A DNA stretch of 64,000 bases from Escherichia coli (GCA_025336685.1 GCA_025336685.1_4717.1); one strand, 5' to 3'. Numbered from the stretch's first letter, positions 40,811-50,436 are shown. The notes: a model not told the origin generated them from the sequence alone. Translations and numbers: made by a program.

Positions 40811-41107
40811 TTATACCGCCACCTTAGCCTTGATAGCAGGGTGTGATTGATAACCGACGAATACAAAGTCTTCGTAGCGGTAATCCGTAATACTTTCCGG
40901 TTTACGTACGATTGTTAGCTTCGGTAATGGATACGGCTCACGACTAAGTTGCTCTTTAACCTGTTCGAAATGGTTGTGATAGATGTGGCAATCCCCACCC
41001 GTCCACACGAACTCACCAACGTCCATATTCAACTGCTGGGCAAGCATATGCGTTAGCAACGAATATGATGCGATGTTGAATGGAACACCTAAAAATACGT
41101 CAGCACT
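40811..41107 (-). CDS. thyA: thymidylate synthase, exon 2 (C-terminal 98 aa)
   Basis: Begins [15 protein letters not shown] and ends PAIKAKVAV, matching the ThyA C-terminus; joins in frame to exon 1 (...LSCQLYQR|SADVFLG). Confidence 0.85.
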   Translation of the reverse strand, partial: SADVFLGVPFNIASYSLLTHMLAQQLNMDVGEFVWTGGDCHIYHNHFEQVKEQLSREPYPLPKLTIVRKPESITDYRYEDFVFVGYQSHPAIKAKVAV

Positions 41108-42214
41108 CATTCTGTTCAGATAAGGTCGTTAATCTTATCCCGTTAAAATAACAGCTGTAGATTATCTCTACAGTTCGGACTATATCACGATCTCCTTCCC
41201 TGGAGACCCCTCCCGTTTCACACCCACTTGGGCGTTACGCTACTCATCACTATTTTTATTCATCCGTTTAGTGCTTTCGCTAGTCTCTGGGCATTCTTCT
41301 ACAAGTCTGTACGATTCAAATTTGGGATTTTTACTACCTAATCGATAAAGTATCGTTGCCGGAACAACACCTAACTGCCGAGCCGCCTCAGTTAAAGAGA
41401 CATACTGAATTCCGTCGATTTCCACTTTACGTGCTGTAGTGGGAATCTTCCCCTTATTCACTTCGGCAAGACGACGTCGCGTCTCTTCTGTATGGTGTCG
41501 CCCATAGAACGAATTCTTTTCCCCGGTTCGGGTTTTTGCAAACTCTGATATCTTTCGACGAGTTTCTTCGCCAACCTTTACACCTAGGCGTCTAGCCCTA
41601 GACGCCGCGATGTTTTCGGGAGTGCATACTTTTCGCCGAATGAGTTCACGTGTTTCCGGTGTATGTGTTCGACCATACATCCCGTTACGTTCGCCCGGAT
41701 TGCCATGAACAGCGCGCCTTTGTTCAGGCGACATCGAAGCGAATCGATCGTTAACGACTTTAGTTATTTTCTCGATTATGTCATCGCGACGTGGGTTTCT
41801 CGATAAATTATCACCGCCTAAAGCACCTTTCCCGATATTGAGAGATGCTTCTTCCGGGATGCTATCGATATACACCTGCTCTAAAGCGTATGCCTCTTCT
41901 CGGGTACTACATTCATCGATATCCACGGTGATAAATCCACCACGGTTATGGATATCTTGTAATTTAGCGTTGTGGTGAGAACCATTACGCAAAGCCGATC
42001 TGTGCGTAGCTAACCGCTGATTAATGTTCCCGGTGCTACCAACATAGACATCGCCGTCTTGAGTACATAACCGATATACTACTGGTTTTTTCATACTGCC
42101 TCCTTTAAAAGAGAGACAGACTTGTAGAAGGTTAGCAACGGATTAGCCCGTAGGCTTTCCCGTTTTAAGGAGGTTATTCGACGTAGCTCACGCTACGAAG
42201 GCGCAGTTGCGTTT
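41108..42214 (-). mobile_element. group I self-splicing intron (1107 nt) interrupting thyA, carrying a homing endonuclease gene
   Basis: Exon 1 ends in U (CAGCGU), intron ends in G (AAUG) before exon 2; P7 strands CCAGAGACUAG (plus 41279-41289) and GAUAUAGUCC (41177-41186); P9 hairpin CUGUAGA-GAUAA-UCUACAG (41155-41173); P8-like hairpin GGUCUCC...GGAGAUC. Confidence 0.8.
41240..42094 (-). CDS. intron-encoded GIY-YIG homing endonuclease, I-TevI-like
   Basis: N-terminal VYRL...DVYVGST GIY-YIG module with conserved Arg/Glu; repeated NGMYGRTHTPETR / NSFYGRHHTEETR NUMOD3-like motifs; C-terminal HTH; AAAGGAGG SD inside the intron. Confidence 0.8.
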   Translation of the reverse strand: MKKPVVYRLCTQDGDVYVGSTGNINQRLATHRSALRNGSHHNAKLQDIHNRGGFITVDIDECSTREEAYALEQVYIDSIPEEASLNIGKGALGGDNLSRNPRRDDIIEKITKVVNDRFASMSPEQRRAVHGNPGERNGMYGRTHTPETRELIRRKVCTPENIAASRARRLGVKVGEETRRKISEFAKTRTGEKNSFYGRHHTEETRRRLAEVNKGKIPTTARKVEIDGIQYVSLTEAARQLGVVPATILYRLGSKNPKFESYRLVEECPETSESTKRMNKNSDE

Positions 42215-42937
42215 ACGCTGGTAAAGCTGACAGGATAAAGCACGTGTTGGTACGTTATGCGCATTCAACCAAAGTTCTGTTTCACTGCGTCGTACATCAT
42301 CCGTAACCCACTGGGTTCTTAATACGTCGTTGCGCTGGACATAATCAACGCGTTCATCGAGTGTGAGTTCGTGGGTATAGAACTGATAGAATGAATGGCA
42401 CGGAGCGAGATGCATATCGTCTAAATCACCTACGTTCCATGCGCTAACGATGATCCGTCGAGAATCAGGATCTTCTTTAAGCTGACGCATCACGTTTGCA
42501 ATCTGATCGTGATGTCTAACATACACGAGGTGTTTTAGCATACCGTCATTAAGAATGCCGAAATATTCATAGCCGCGTTGCATCAACTCACGAGTACGTT
42601 CTGTATCGTGCGGAACAACCACTTTATAGTCGATCCATTCCCGCCATTGTTTGCCGTAAATCGGTCCTAGATTCCCTTCTTCGTCAGCCCATTCATTCCA
42701 GATACGAACACCGTTATCTTGAAGATAAGCAACGTTTGTGTCGCCGTTAAGAAACCAGAGCAGTTCGTGGATAACGCTCTTAAGGTGAATCTTCTTGGTG
42801 GTTACCAGCGGAAATCCTTTCTTCAAGTCAAAACGCATCTGACGTCCGAATACGGAACGGGTCCCGGTCCCCGTGCGGTCGGCTTTATCGCGACCGTTAT
42901 CCATGATGTCTTGCAAAAGGTCCAAATACTGTTTCAT
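42215..42937 (-). CDS. thyA: thymidylate synthase, exon 1 (N-terminal 241 aa)
   Basis: [12 protein letters not shown]...DRTGTGT...[12 protein letters not shown]...[23 protein letters not shown]...LSCQLYQR: ThyA motifs including the catalytic Cys loop; the ORF-track frame runs on into the intron. Confidence 0.85.
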
Positions 42938-43146
42938 TTTAATCCTCTAAGTGTTTCAAGTAGTTCCTGAAATTTATAACGATATTTAGAATCACTTAAC
43001 GTGTAGCAGCAACCACGTAACACGTTATACGCGTAATCAGCTTGTAAACCACGAACCTTCGGATCCAATGATAGATTCAATGACGCGTCATCAAAAATCC
43101 ACGCTTCAATGTTCTTCTTAGATTCCTTCGTTAACATCGTTTTCAC
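42934..43146 (-). CDS. hypothetical protein (70 aa)
   Basis: ORF overlapping the thyA start by 4 nt. Confidence 0.35.
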   Translation of the reverse strand: MKTMLTKESKKNIEAWIFDDASLNLSLDPKVRGLQADYAYNVLRGCCYTLSDSKYRYKFQELLETLRGLK

Positions 43147-43268
43147 CTCGTCGTAAAAGTAAATAGAGTTTTGTCGAGACGCCCTAATTACTTACAACGT
43201 AGGTTCTCCTGGCTTCAGAGAATTCTTAAAATCCGTTAGTTTTGATAGATAGGATAAGACGGCATAAA

Positions 43269-43289
43269 AGCCTCCCATTACGGGAGGCT
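43269..43289 (-). terminator. intrinsic terminator hairpin
   Basis: AGCCTCCC/GGGAGGCT 8-bp stem, loop ATTAC, followed on the minus strand by UUUUAUGCCG. Confidence 0.65.
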
Positions 43290-43301
43290 CCATCAATCAA
43301 C

Positions 43302-43850
43302 TTACTTCACGAGAACAGTGAATTCGAGAACGTAAATAGTCTCGTCATCCATCGGATTTGTCGTGGTATAACCAACAAAGCAATAACCCATATCCGCGAT
43401 AAAATCGCTAAGTTTATCAACATCGCCTACATTGATACGATCATCAACAGACAGACGACATTTACGGGTTATACCACATCCGCGAGGAACACCGGATAAC
43501 ACGGATAGGAAATGCGCGATCCGGTTATTGGTTGCGAACTGTGCATAATCGCCGTAGCGTTTAAGGTCCTTCATCGCAACCTCGACAGCCATACGACGAC
43601 CAGGCGCTACGTATTCAGTGTACGCATACGCTGCGATCGTACGACGATCTTCAGTCAGGTAAGTATTCCCATCAGGATGGTAGCTCTCGATTGTTCCGTC
43701 TTCATAGGTGACGTTTACAACAGGTGCACCGTACTCGTCGCGACCGAATTCAATCTTGCATTTATCCGAAAGCGGTAGAATCGTACACGGTTTTGCGTTG
43801 TTCTCATCGGGGAGATTATAACCGCTCATCATTTTCAAAAAGATAGACAT
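43302..43850 (-). CDS. hypothetical protein (182 aa), paralog A
   Basis: Shares MS(I/V)xxK(M/V)M...NNAKP...IEFxRD...TIAxYAY...VK with the next gene; GAGGT SD. Confidence 0.45.
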   Translation of the reverse strand: MSIFLKMMSGYNLPDENNAKPCTILPLSDKCKIEFGRDEYGAPVVNVTYEDGTIESYHPDGNTYLTEDRRTIAAYAYTEYVAPGRRMAVEVAMKDLKRYGDYAQFATNNRIAHFLSVLSGVPRGCGITRKCRLSVDDRINVGDVDKLSDFIADMGYCFVGYTTTNPMDDETIYVLEFTVLVK

Positions 43851-43936
43851 AATAGAACCTCATGATAATAGATAATAGAAATGATAGATAGTACAACAAA
43901 TTGAGGAGGTATTATCCCACCCCCTCGTAGGGATTA

Positions 43937-44470
43937 CTACTTAACGATCGCGATGATTTTGCCGCTCGCACCGGCGTAATATGCTGTTAATTTACCAGTA
44001 AACAACTCTTGTAAAAGACGATTTACATGACTAACAAAGTTAGGGTTGTCTGATTTTACAAACTCGATATTGCGCGTTTGTTTTATATCACGATCGATTA
44101 AGCGTATTTCCAACAACGCACAAATAAGGCGATCGTCAAGTTTACCACTTGTATCCAACACTTCCCCATACGTCGTAGCACGGACGTCCGCATACATACG
44201 GTCAACATCATCCTTCCCAAAACCACAGGAATAGGCATACGTTGCGATGGTATTACCATTGTCCATCACATAAACGTTACCGCCTGGGTAATCGATAAAT
44301 CGTTGATCCTTATCGCCATGAGCGACGAACTCCAGTGTCGGTCTACCTAGTGAATCACGATTGAATTCGATTGTGGTCAAACGGTCAGGTACCACATGCA
44401 ACGTAAACGGTTTCGCATTGTTACGATCGCTAGTATCACAGTTAGCCATTACTTTTACAATAACACTCAT
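43937..44470 (-). CDS. hypothetical protein (177 aa), paralog B
   Basis: Paralog of 43302..43850. Confidence 0.45.
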   Translation of the reverse strand: MSVIVKVMANCDTSDRNNAKPFTLHVVPDRLTTIEFNRDSLGRPTLEFVAHGDKDQRFIDYPGGNVYVMDNGNTIATYAYSCGFGKDDVDRMYADVRATTYGEVLDTSGKLDDRLICALLEIRLIDRDIKQTRNIEFVKSDNPNFVSHVNRLLQELFTGKLTAYYAGASGKIIAIVK

Positions 44471-44544
44471 GTTTTATTCCTTAGTAGTCCTAGTAGTAGT
44501 ATTGAGGAATTTCACCTCATTAGATAGTCTATTTTGGTAATGTT

Positions 44545-44844
44545 TTACTGAAACAGGACATTAAATTCGACAAGATACCCATCGGATCTATCACCACGAT
44601 AACGGTTGCAGAAAACGCCGAATTTCATCAAGAACTCACATAACTCTTCGGCTTTGTATAACGGAATACGATTTTCGTCGAACAGAGGGCACTTATGGCT
44701 AACCCGCTCCGACGAATCAACGCAACACAAATAAAGAAGGAACCGAACGATAGCTCGGTTCTTAGTGAAGCTCTCGAATTCACCTGCGGTTCTGAACTCA
44801 TCGAGGAGCTTTGTCGTTTTCTTCAATCGTTCACGATCAAGCAT
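44545..44844 (-). CDS. hypothetical protein (99 aa)
   Basis: ORF; C-terminal EFNVLFQ loosely resembles the C-termini of the two preceding paralogs. Confidence 0.4.
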   Translation of the reverse strand: MLDRERLKKTTKLLDEFRTAGEFESFTKNRAIVRFLLYLCCVDSSERVSHKCPLFDENRIPLYKAEELCEFLMKFGVFCNRYRGDRSDGYLVEFNVLFQ

Positions 44845-44866
44845 GTTAACCTCAATACGAACATAA

Positions 44867-44898
44867 CCCTCCTCCTTCCCTGATGGGTTGGAGGAGGG
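44867..44898 (-). terminator. intrinsic terminator hairpin, loop-inverted copy of the 1122-1153 element
   Basis: Same 9-bp CCCTCCTCC/GGAGGAGGG stem and flanks (cataa ... aatatgct) as 1122-1153, but the 14-nt loop is the reverse complement. Confidence 0.6.
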
Positions 44899-44907
44899 AA
44901 TATGCTA

Positions 44908-45222
44908 TTATTCTGCTTTAGGCGATGAACCGTTCTTTTTGAAGTCGGATTCGTATTTCACGTTAGAATCGAGAACCTCACGAACGGTTTTATCCGTACA
45001 ACCACGGGCGATGTATGCATTAAGATCGTCGCGTAATTTACGCATTGTTGTTTTATCCGCATCAGAAACATCTGACTTGGTAAGACGGAACGCAATCGCA
45101 TCACGAATTTTATTCAACATTGCTGGGTTATTACGCTGTTCTGCAAATACCGCTTTGATGAACTTATCGCTATCTTTCGAAGCGATGGCTGCATCAAGAA
45201 TCTCAATATGCTTTTCAGACAT
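44908..45222 (-). CDS. hypothetical protein (104 aa)
   Basis: ORF, no motif. Confidence 0.4.
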   Translation of the reverse strand: MSEKHIEILDAAIASKDSDKFIKAVFAEQRNNPAMLNKIRDAIAFRLTKSDVSDADKTTMRKLRDDLNAYIARGCTDKTVREVLDSNVKYESDFKKNGSSPKAE

Positions 45223-45273
45223 CTTCTTTCCTTTATTAAACGATCATCGTCATATTCATTGCGCAGGGTGCTA

Positions 45274-46599
45274 TCACTTCAGAAGCTTAGACATCGCCAT
45301 GCTTCGCGCTAACGCAACATCATACGCATCCATGATCGCGTCACCGATAGCGGTATGACGGATCAGCGGAATACCCATGTCTGGATACTCTTTGGTGCCT
45401 AAGATGGATACCGGTTTGTCTTGATACGCAGCAATCATCGAACGGATATCCTGAACCTGGTTATAACGACAAACTGGCTTAAAGCCCGCTTTACGGAACC
45501 AATGCTCTAATTGAGGCCAATCTGTTTCACCGCGAGCAAGATAATAGAAGGTATCCTTACCGTAGTATTCAGTCATTTTGTCACGAATACTGTTGACGAA
45601 CGCATTTACTTCGGTGATGGCTTCTTTATAACCCATTGCCTTACAATGTTGAAAACAATAGTCGCGCGCTTCCTTTGGTGCTTTGGTTTGCCACCATTCT
45701 ACTGTTGATTCACTGATACGACCACCGTCAGCGATTTGACCATGAACGTCAGGGAAGATATCTATACGCGGACCGTTAACAATGGATTCTGGATTAGCCA
45801 GATCGAAGAACACGATACCGATTTCCAGCAATACTCCATTCTTTTCCAGACTAAGGTTTTCAACATCTAAACAAAATGCAGGCTTCTCTACCGCTAACGG
45901 CTCGAACGAATGGTTGCTGGTATCCGATTCGGTTTTAAGTTCGACGACAACCGGATCGGTATCCGTAGGTTTCAGTTCTACTACAGCATCATCGAGTCCC
46001 GATAACGAAAAATAGTCTTCGAAGAAATCGGGTATCGTCATGCCATGCAAATTGATATCGCAATCTTCCAACCATTGCTTCAACTGGTGCTCACCGGCAT
46101 GAATCGCTAAACGACATGGTCCGGAACGATCATCTAGCGCTGCATCGATCCAGAAGAAAGCGCGTATAAGTAAGTAAGGATTGTACTCCGCGATGATTTC
46201 TTGGCTAGCCGAGAAATCGTACACCATTAGTTGTGTTATTCCCTTACGAGTGTTATACGGATCAACTTTCAATCGACGCACTATTTCTTCTACGAATTCC
46301 AACGCACGCGTGTACGATGTGGACCCACCTTGTTCATACGAACATATACCCGTCAAAAGTTCCTTATAGGACGCATATGGAACCATAGGCGATAATTTGT
46401 ACGACAGTTCAGTATTGTAATTATCGCATAATTTCTTCGGGGCGATAGCATCCTGTATCGCTGTAATAAACGCCGGTCCATCAATATCAAACAACCATCC
46501 TTGACGCCGGTATGCAGTGTATCGTAATAACGCACCGATAACTGCCTGGGGCGGTGTATATTCTTTTCCGTTAATTTCAAACAGTAGTTTGCTCATCAT
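45274..46599 (-). CDS. putative DnaQ-like (DEDDh) 3'-5' exonuclease domain protein (441 aa)
   Basis: C-terminal half has Exo I-like FCLDVENL (D-x-E) and Exo III-like RHTAIGDAIMDAYD (H-x4-D); N-terminal half unknown. Confidence 0.55.
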   Translation of the reverse strand: MMSKLLFEINGKEYTPPQAVIGALLRYTAYRRQGWLFDIDGPAFITAIQDAIAPKKLCDNYNTELSYKLSPMVPYASYKELLTGICSYEQGGSTSYTRALEFVEEIVRRLKVDPYNTRKGITQLMVYDFSASQEIIAEYNPYLLIRAFFWIDAALDDRSGPCRLAIHAGEHQLKQWLEDCDINLHGMTIPDFFEDYFSLSGLDDAVVELKPTDTDPVVVELKTESDTSNHSFEPLAVEKPAFCLDVENLSLEKNGVLLEIGIVFFDLANPESIVNGPRIDIFPDVHGQIADGGRISESTVEWWQTKAPKEARDYCFQHCKAMGYKEAITEVNAFVNSIRDKMTEYYGKDTFYYLARGETDWPQLEHWFRKAGFKPVCRYNQVQDIRSMIAAYQDKPVSILGTKEYPDMGIPLIRHTAIGDAIMDAYDVALARSMAMSKLLK

Positions 46600-46611
46600 A
46601 ACACCTTTTCA

Positions 46612-46947
46612 TTATTCTGGTTTATCTGTTGTCAGGCCGAGTCCGGTCAATATCACGTAGTCGTACCAAGCTTTTACTTTCGCTTTCGCTTCATCTAAAC
46701 TATCGGTGTTGATGTGCGGAAACTCATCGTTGATTGGGAAAGGTAAATCACAGTCGTAGCTTGTATAATCCTTCCAACCTTTCCACTCGATAGTTAGAGA
46801 ACCAAAAACGGTCTCAGCAACAACGTGGTTATAGCGACATTCTTCACATGGCGAGCGCTCTTCCGACCAAACAAGCTCATGCTGCGCTAAAAGTTGTTGT
46901 ACGACCGATAATGGTTGCTCTTCATTAAGTTCGATAATGTCTATCAC
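46612..46947 (-). CDS. hypothetical protein (111 aa)
   Basis: ORF, no motif. Confidence 0.4.
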   Translation of the reverse strand: MIDIIELNEEQPLSVVQQLLAQHELVWSEERSPCEECRYNHVVAETVFGSLTIEWKGWKDYTSYDCDLPFPINDEFPHINTDSLDEAKAKVKAWYDYVILTGLGLTTDKPE

Positions 46948-47540
46948 CGTATACCCTCCTTTTCCTTATCGTAATTACTACACATATTGACAAACGCAGT
47001 ATTATCAGACAGCATGCTAACCATCTGACGGATTGCGTCCAACGGTTCAAGTTTAGGATTGATTGATTCACCGGTCAACGCGCTTATTGCTCGTGTGATC
47101 TCAGCCAAATCAACGTTCGGGTCTTTATCATCAATGATGAGCAGACTCTTCGCTGGTTTCTGACGACGTTTGATGATTAACAAATACGTGACAAGGTTCT
47201 CACGCCAAGCGTCAGAATCCAGATTGCGTATTACGGTTAACGCGCGACGCTCTTCCGCCCATGATGGTTTCTCACGGATAACGGGCATGTAAGATAATTG
47301 CTCAGCAAGCCCTTTCAAACTGACACGGTTGGTGCCACCAGGATGCTCACTAATCCGCAACATCTCGGTTAACAGACGGACATATGCGGTTGTTGTAGAA
47401 ACACCCCGCAGCGGCAGGAACAAATTATGTCCCGGAACCCCATCATGACTCAGCGGTGCGATATACGCCATGAATTGACGGATATCGTCATCGGTCTGTT
47501 CTCCAGCAACGAACTTAAACGCTTCACGTAGAACGCTCAC
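46944..47540 (-). CDS. hypothetical protein (198 aa)
   Basis: ORF, no motif. Confidence 0.4.
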   Translation of the reverse strand: MSVLREAFKFVAGEQTDDDIRQFMAYIAPLSHDGVPGHNLFLPLRGVSTTTAYVRLLTEMLRISEHPGGTNRVSLKGLAEQLSYMPVIREKPSWAEERRALTVIRNLDSDAWRENLVTYLLIIKRRQKPAKSLLIIDDKDPNVDLAEITRAISALTGESINPKLEPLDAIRQMVSMLSDNTAFVNMCSNYDKEKEGIR

Positions 47541-47826
47541 TACGAAGTCTCCTTAATGTTTCTTTTATATGCAATCTCTTCGGCAAGTACAGACGTTTGT
47601 ATAGATCAATTAACAGATAACGCATAACAGAAGCGACCACCAGGTATTCACCTTCAGCTTCCGAATAACGTATCATGTTAATTGGGTAATTCAAATAAGA
47701 ATAAGAAAAGAGATCATCGTTGGTAAGGTGATGATCTTCAAGATACTGACGAAACAATTTTGCTAAGGCATCGTACTCCATTCCGTAGTAACACAACGAC
47801 ACCTGTCTTGCAGATAGTCGTTTCAT
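47524..47826 (-). CDS. hypothetical protein (100 aa)
   Basis: ORF, no motif. Confidence 0.4.
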   Translation of the reverse strand: MKRLSARQVSLCYYGMEYDALAKLFRQYLEDHHLTNDDLFSYSYLNYPINMIRYSEAEGEYLVVASVMRYLLIDLYKRLYLPKRLHIKETLRRLRSERST

Positions 47827-48665
47827 GCTGGGTTACCTTTTAGTTTTCCACGTATCATGTCGACAACGCGTGAGGGATCAGAAATAACATTGGCGATAAG
47901 ATGATCGATAGGTAGGTCGAGAACGATTTTCTTCAGCTGGAAAGCCGTATCTTTACGACGCACGCCGTAGAACACGCCATCTTTAAACACAACCTCGTAC
48001 GAAATGGGGAGCTGGCTAATAACCGTGTTAGCGTAATCACCCAACCACATCGACCCCGCCATCAGATGCGCACAAACCGCATGACTAATACGCACATCTT
48101 TGTTCTTCCGGCTAACGTCTTTGGTTTTCGACATGGTAACCAGAAGTTCACCGATCTTACTCAGCATATCGTCGTATACCCCAAAGAACTTAATCAGTTG
48201 TCGGGCACCTAACGATATATACGTTTCTCGCGGTAAGACACAACACACCTGCGGTAACGTTCCAACCCCATAGACACAACTGTAGGGTGATAATGGGAGC
48301 AAATCAGCAACCGCGTTCTTGATGTTGTTATACTCAACGATATCGTTGAACGGCGAAAGCCCTTTCGTAATCGGTTTATCAATCGCCACATCAAACTCCG
48401 CGAACGTCCATGCTGCTTTACGGGGTTCCCCTTTCTTGTACGGTGGGGCCAGTACCGCAACAACACGAAGTCGATATTCGTGTGTATCGCGTAGCTTAAG
48501 TTGGATACCCTCATCGTCGCCTTCACGCACAAGTGAGTAGCGGCTCGCGCAACCATCACAGGCCACCGTTGGTTCGTGTTGACCGTATGCTGCAAGCATT
48601 GGTTTACTAAGATCTTTATCACAGTGTTTACAATGATGATCCTGTTCCTGATAACTGATTTTCAC
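47823..48665 (-). CDS. hypothetical protein with N-terminal zinc-ribbon-like Cys pairs (280 aa)
   Basis: CKHC...(21 aa)...CDGC at the N-terminus. Confidence 0.4.
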   Translation of the reverse strand: MKISYQEQDHHCKHCDKDLSKPMLAAYGQHEPTVACDGCASRYSLVREGDDEGIQLKLRDTHEYRLRVVAVLAPPYKKGEPRKAAWTFAEFDVAIDKPITKGLSPFNDIVEYNNIKNAVADLLPLSPYSCVYGVGTLPQVCCVLPRETYISLGARQLIKFFGVYDDMLSKIGELLVTMSKTKDVSRKNKDVRISHAVCAHLMAGSMWLGDYANTVISQLPISYEVVFKDGVFYGVRRKDTAFQLKKIVLDLPIDHLIANVISDPSRVVDMIRGKLKGNPA

Positions 48666-48680
48666 ATCAGGGCTCCTTTG

Positions 48681-49637
48681 TTAATGTAATACGCGATCTA
48701 CTGGAATTGTCGAAGCGTTGCTGGCGGACAGATTCGTTGCTTTACGATCGGGACTGAATCGACGAGCGTTCTCTTCATGGTAGTTAACAGGGTTGTCCTG
48801 TTTCAGCAATTCTATTGCTTCATCAAACGCTAATTCCCTATAACCCTTTGGATATAGGAACAGAGGTTCGTCAATATCCAACCCTTTAACAAACTCATGC
48901 GACAACCAAACGCTACCATCGGCACTGTAAAGAACAGGCTCAACATCATAATCCAAAACGTATTGATACCAGTAATTAAACAGTTGGGCGATCCATCGAT
49001 TACGTAATAAATAATCGATTACGACCGCACTACGCACGCTATGGCACCAGCCGATCTTACCGTCAACTCTCTGTAACAATGTACCGTCATTTGCTTGGTG
49101 GATGACAGCATTAAATAACCAGGCAAGATCGGTTGCGAAAAGTGCCGCTTCTTGAATATCGCTAATGTAGCGCACAGGTATCGTCAGATGAGTGCGGTAA
49201 TGCGCCATCGCTTCTTCGTAGTTGTCTCCTTCGATACAGAGAATACCATTTGACGACAGATGCCCCTGATTCAATGACTGGCTGATATAAAGATCAGCGA
49301 TCGCGTTAATATGTTCGACGGTACCCAAGGTTAATTCGGACATAAAACGATCAACGTCAACAGACATCGATGTACCGGAAATGAACGGATTGGCTGGGCG
49401 AGCCGTATTAGAGAAAATGATCGACCAGATCGCTTCGTGTTTTTCATCCGATGGGACAAACGAAATATGACGTTCTGCACTATTATCATCAACAGATACT
49501 TCTACTGTTTTCAAACAGCTAGTACAAACATAACACGTGTTCGGCAACGGCATATCCGAAAACATATCGTAACGAATTGTCGCAATTGAAATATCGTGTC
49601 CGCAGTGAGGGCATGTGGTATCAATAAGTGTTCTCAT
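48681..49637 (-). CDS. hypothetical protein with N-terminal zinc-ribbon-like Cys pairs (318 aa)
   Basis: CPHC...(25 aa)...CYVCTSC at the N-terminus. Confidence 0.4.
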   Translation of the reverse strand: MRTLIDTTCPHCGHDISIATIRYDMFSDMPLPNTCYVCTSCLKTVEVSVDDNSAERHISFVPSDEKHEAIWSIIFSNTARPANPFISGTSMSVDVDRFMSELTLGTVEHINAIADLYISQSLNQGHLSSNGILCIEGDNYEEAMAHYRTHLTIPVRYISDIQEAALFATDLAWLFNAVIHQANDGTLLQRVDGKIGWCHSVRSAVVIDYLLRNRWIAQLFNYWYQYVLDYDVEPVLYSADGSVWLSHEFVKGLDIDEPLFLYPKGYRELAFDEAIELLKQDNPVNYHEENARRFSPDRKATNLSASNASTIPVDRVLH

Positions 49638-49903
49638 TGTTGAATTCCTTTTGATAAGAATAACTGTATATCGGTAAACTGTTCTTTAGGAACATCGTCG
49701 GCAGCCGTTAGAACCTCAGGGCCGTGTTCGTTGAGGTAAGCTTCTCGTTGAAGATGATAAAGTCGATTGGCTTCTTGGAACTCAGTGTCCGTCATGTAAA
49801 CCAACTTAAACTTCGAACGTTTATTCGGATTATATCTCTTATTACGTTTCTTTGGTTTCTTCGCCATAATAGCCTCGTGAAGGTGGATGGGTGTACCATC
49901 CAC
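49634..49903 (-). CDS. hypothetical protein (89 aa)
   Basis: ORF, basic N-terminus. Confidence 0.4.
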   Translation of the reverse strand: MDGTPIHLHEAIMAKKPKKRNKRYNPNKRSKFKLVYMTDTEFQEANRLYHLQREAYLNEHGPEVLTAADDVPKEQFTDIQLFLSKGIQQ

Positions 49904-49914
49904 CTTCCTCCATG

Positions 49915-50436
49915 TTAAAGTGCGTTCATTTCTTCAGGTGTGCGTACAGTGCGCGTGTTGGGATCGACCATTGCTGGTACGCCCGCAGGACATTTACGGA
50001 CATCAATCCGCATCTCCGGCTCGATCGGACGAACGCGATACGTTTTACCATCGTCGGTTAACACCGAAATGGTCAACGCTTGGTTCAATTCATTAACGAA
50101 GTTCACCAAACGCTGCTGCCCGCCTGTCGACCAGAAGTTAAGATCGGTTTCTCCGCTGAAATAACTGATTCCTTCGGCGGTCCCAATCGTGATTTTAACG
50201 ATGCCTGGATAGTCACGAAGAAGGGGTGCCTGATAACCTTCATCTTCCGTATCCAATTTTACCCACGCGCCTCCCGTAGACAAGCAGTTAACTTCCAAGG
50301 CGGTTGGCGCACTGACTTCTGCCGATGACCAGGTATACATCGTACCTAGTTTAGCGTGTCCGGTTTCCAGCTCACTGTAATCCCAAGCGTGTGCTGATGC
50401 TGTAATAAAGAGGGCTGCAAGAAACAACTTTTTCAT
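49915..50436 (-). CDS. secreted/periplasmic protein (173 aa)
   Basis: Signal peptide MKKLFLAALFITASAHA. Confidence 0.5.
   Translation of the reverse strand: MKKLFLAALFITASAHAWDYSELETGHAKLGTMYTWSSAEVSAPTALEVNCLSTGGAWVKLDTEDEGYQAPLLRDYPGIVKITIGTAEGISYFSGETDLNFWSTGGQQRLVNFVNELNQALTISVLTDDGKTYRVRPIEPEMRIDVRKCPAGVPAMVDPNTRTVRTPEEMNAL

Noticed and set aside
43851-43936. Sigma-70 promoter (TTGTTG, 16-nt spacer, TATTAT) upstream of 43302..43850, and similar promoter guesses elsewhere
   Set aside because: Hexamer matches are weak and AT-rich intergenic sequence produces many such matches by chance; not reported as features without transcript-start data.
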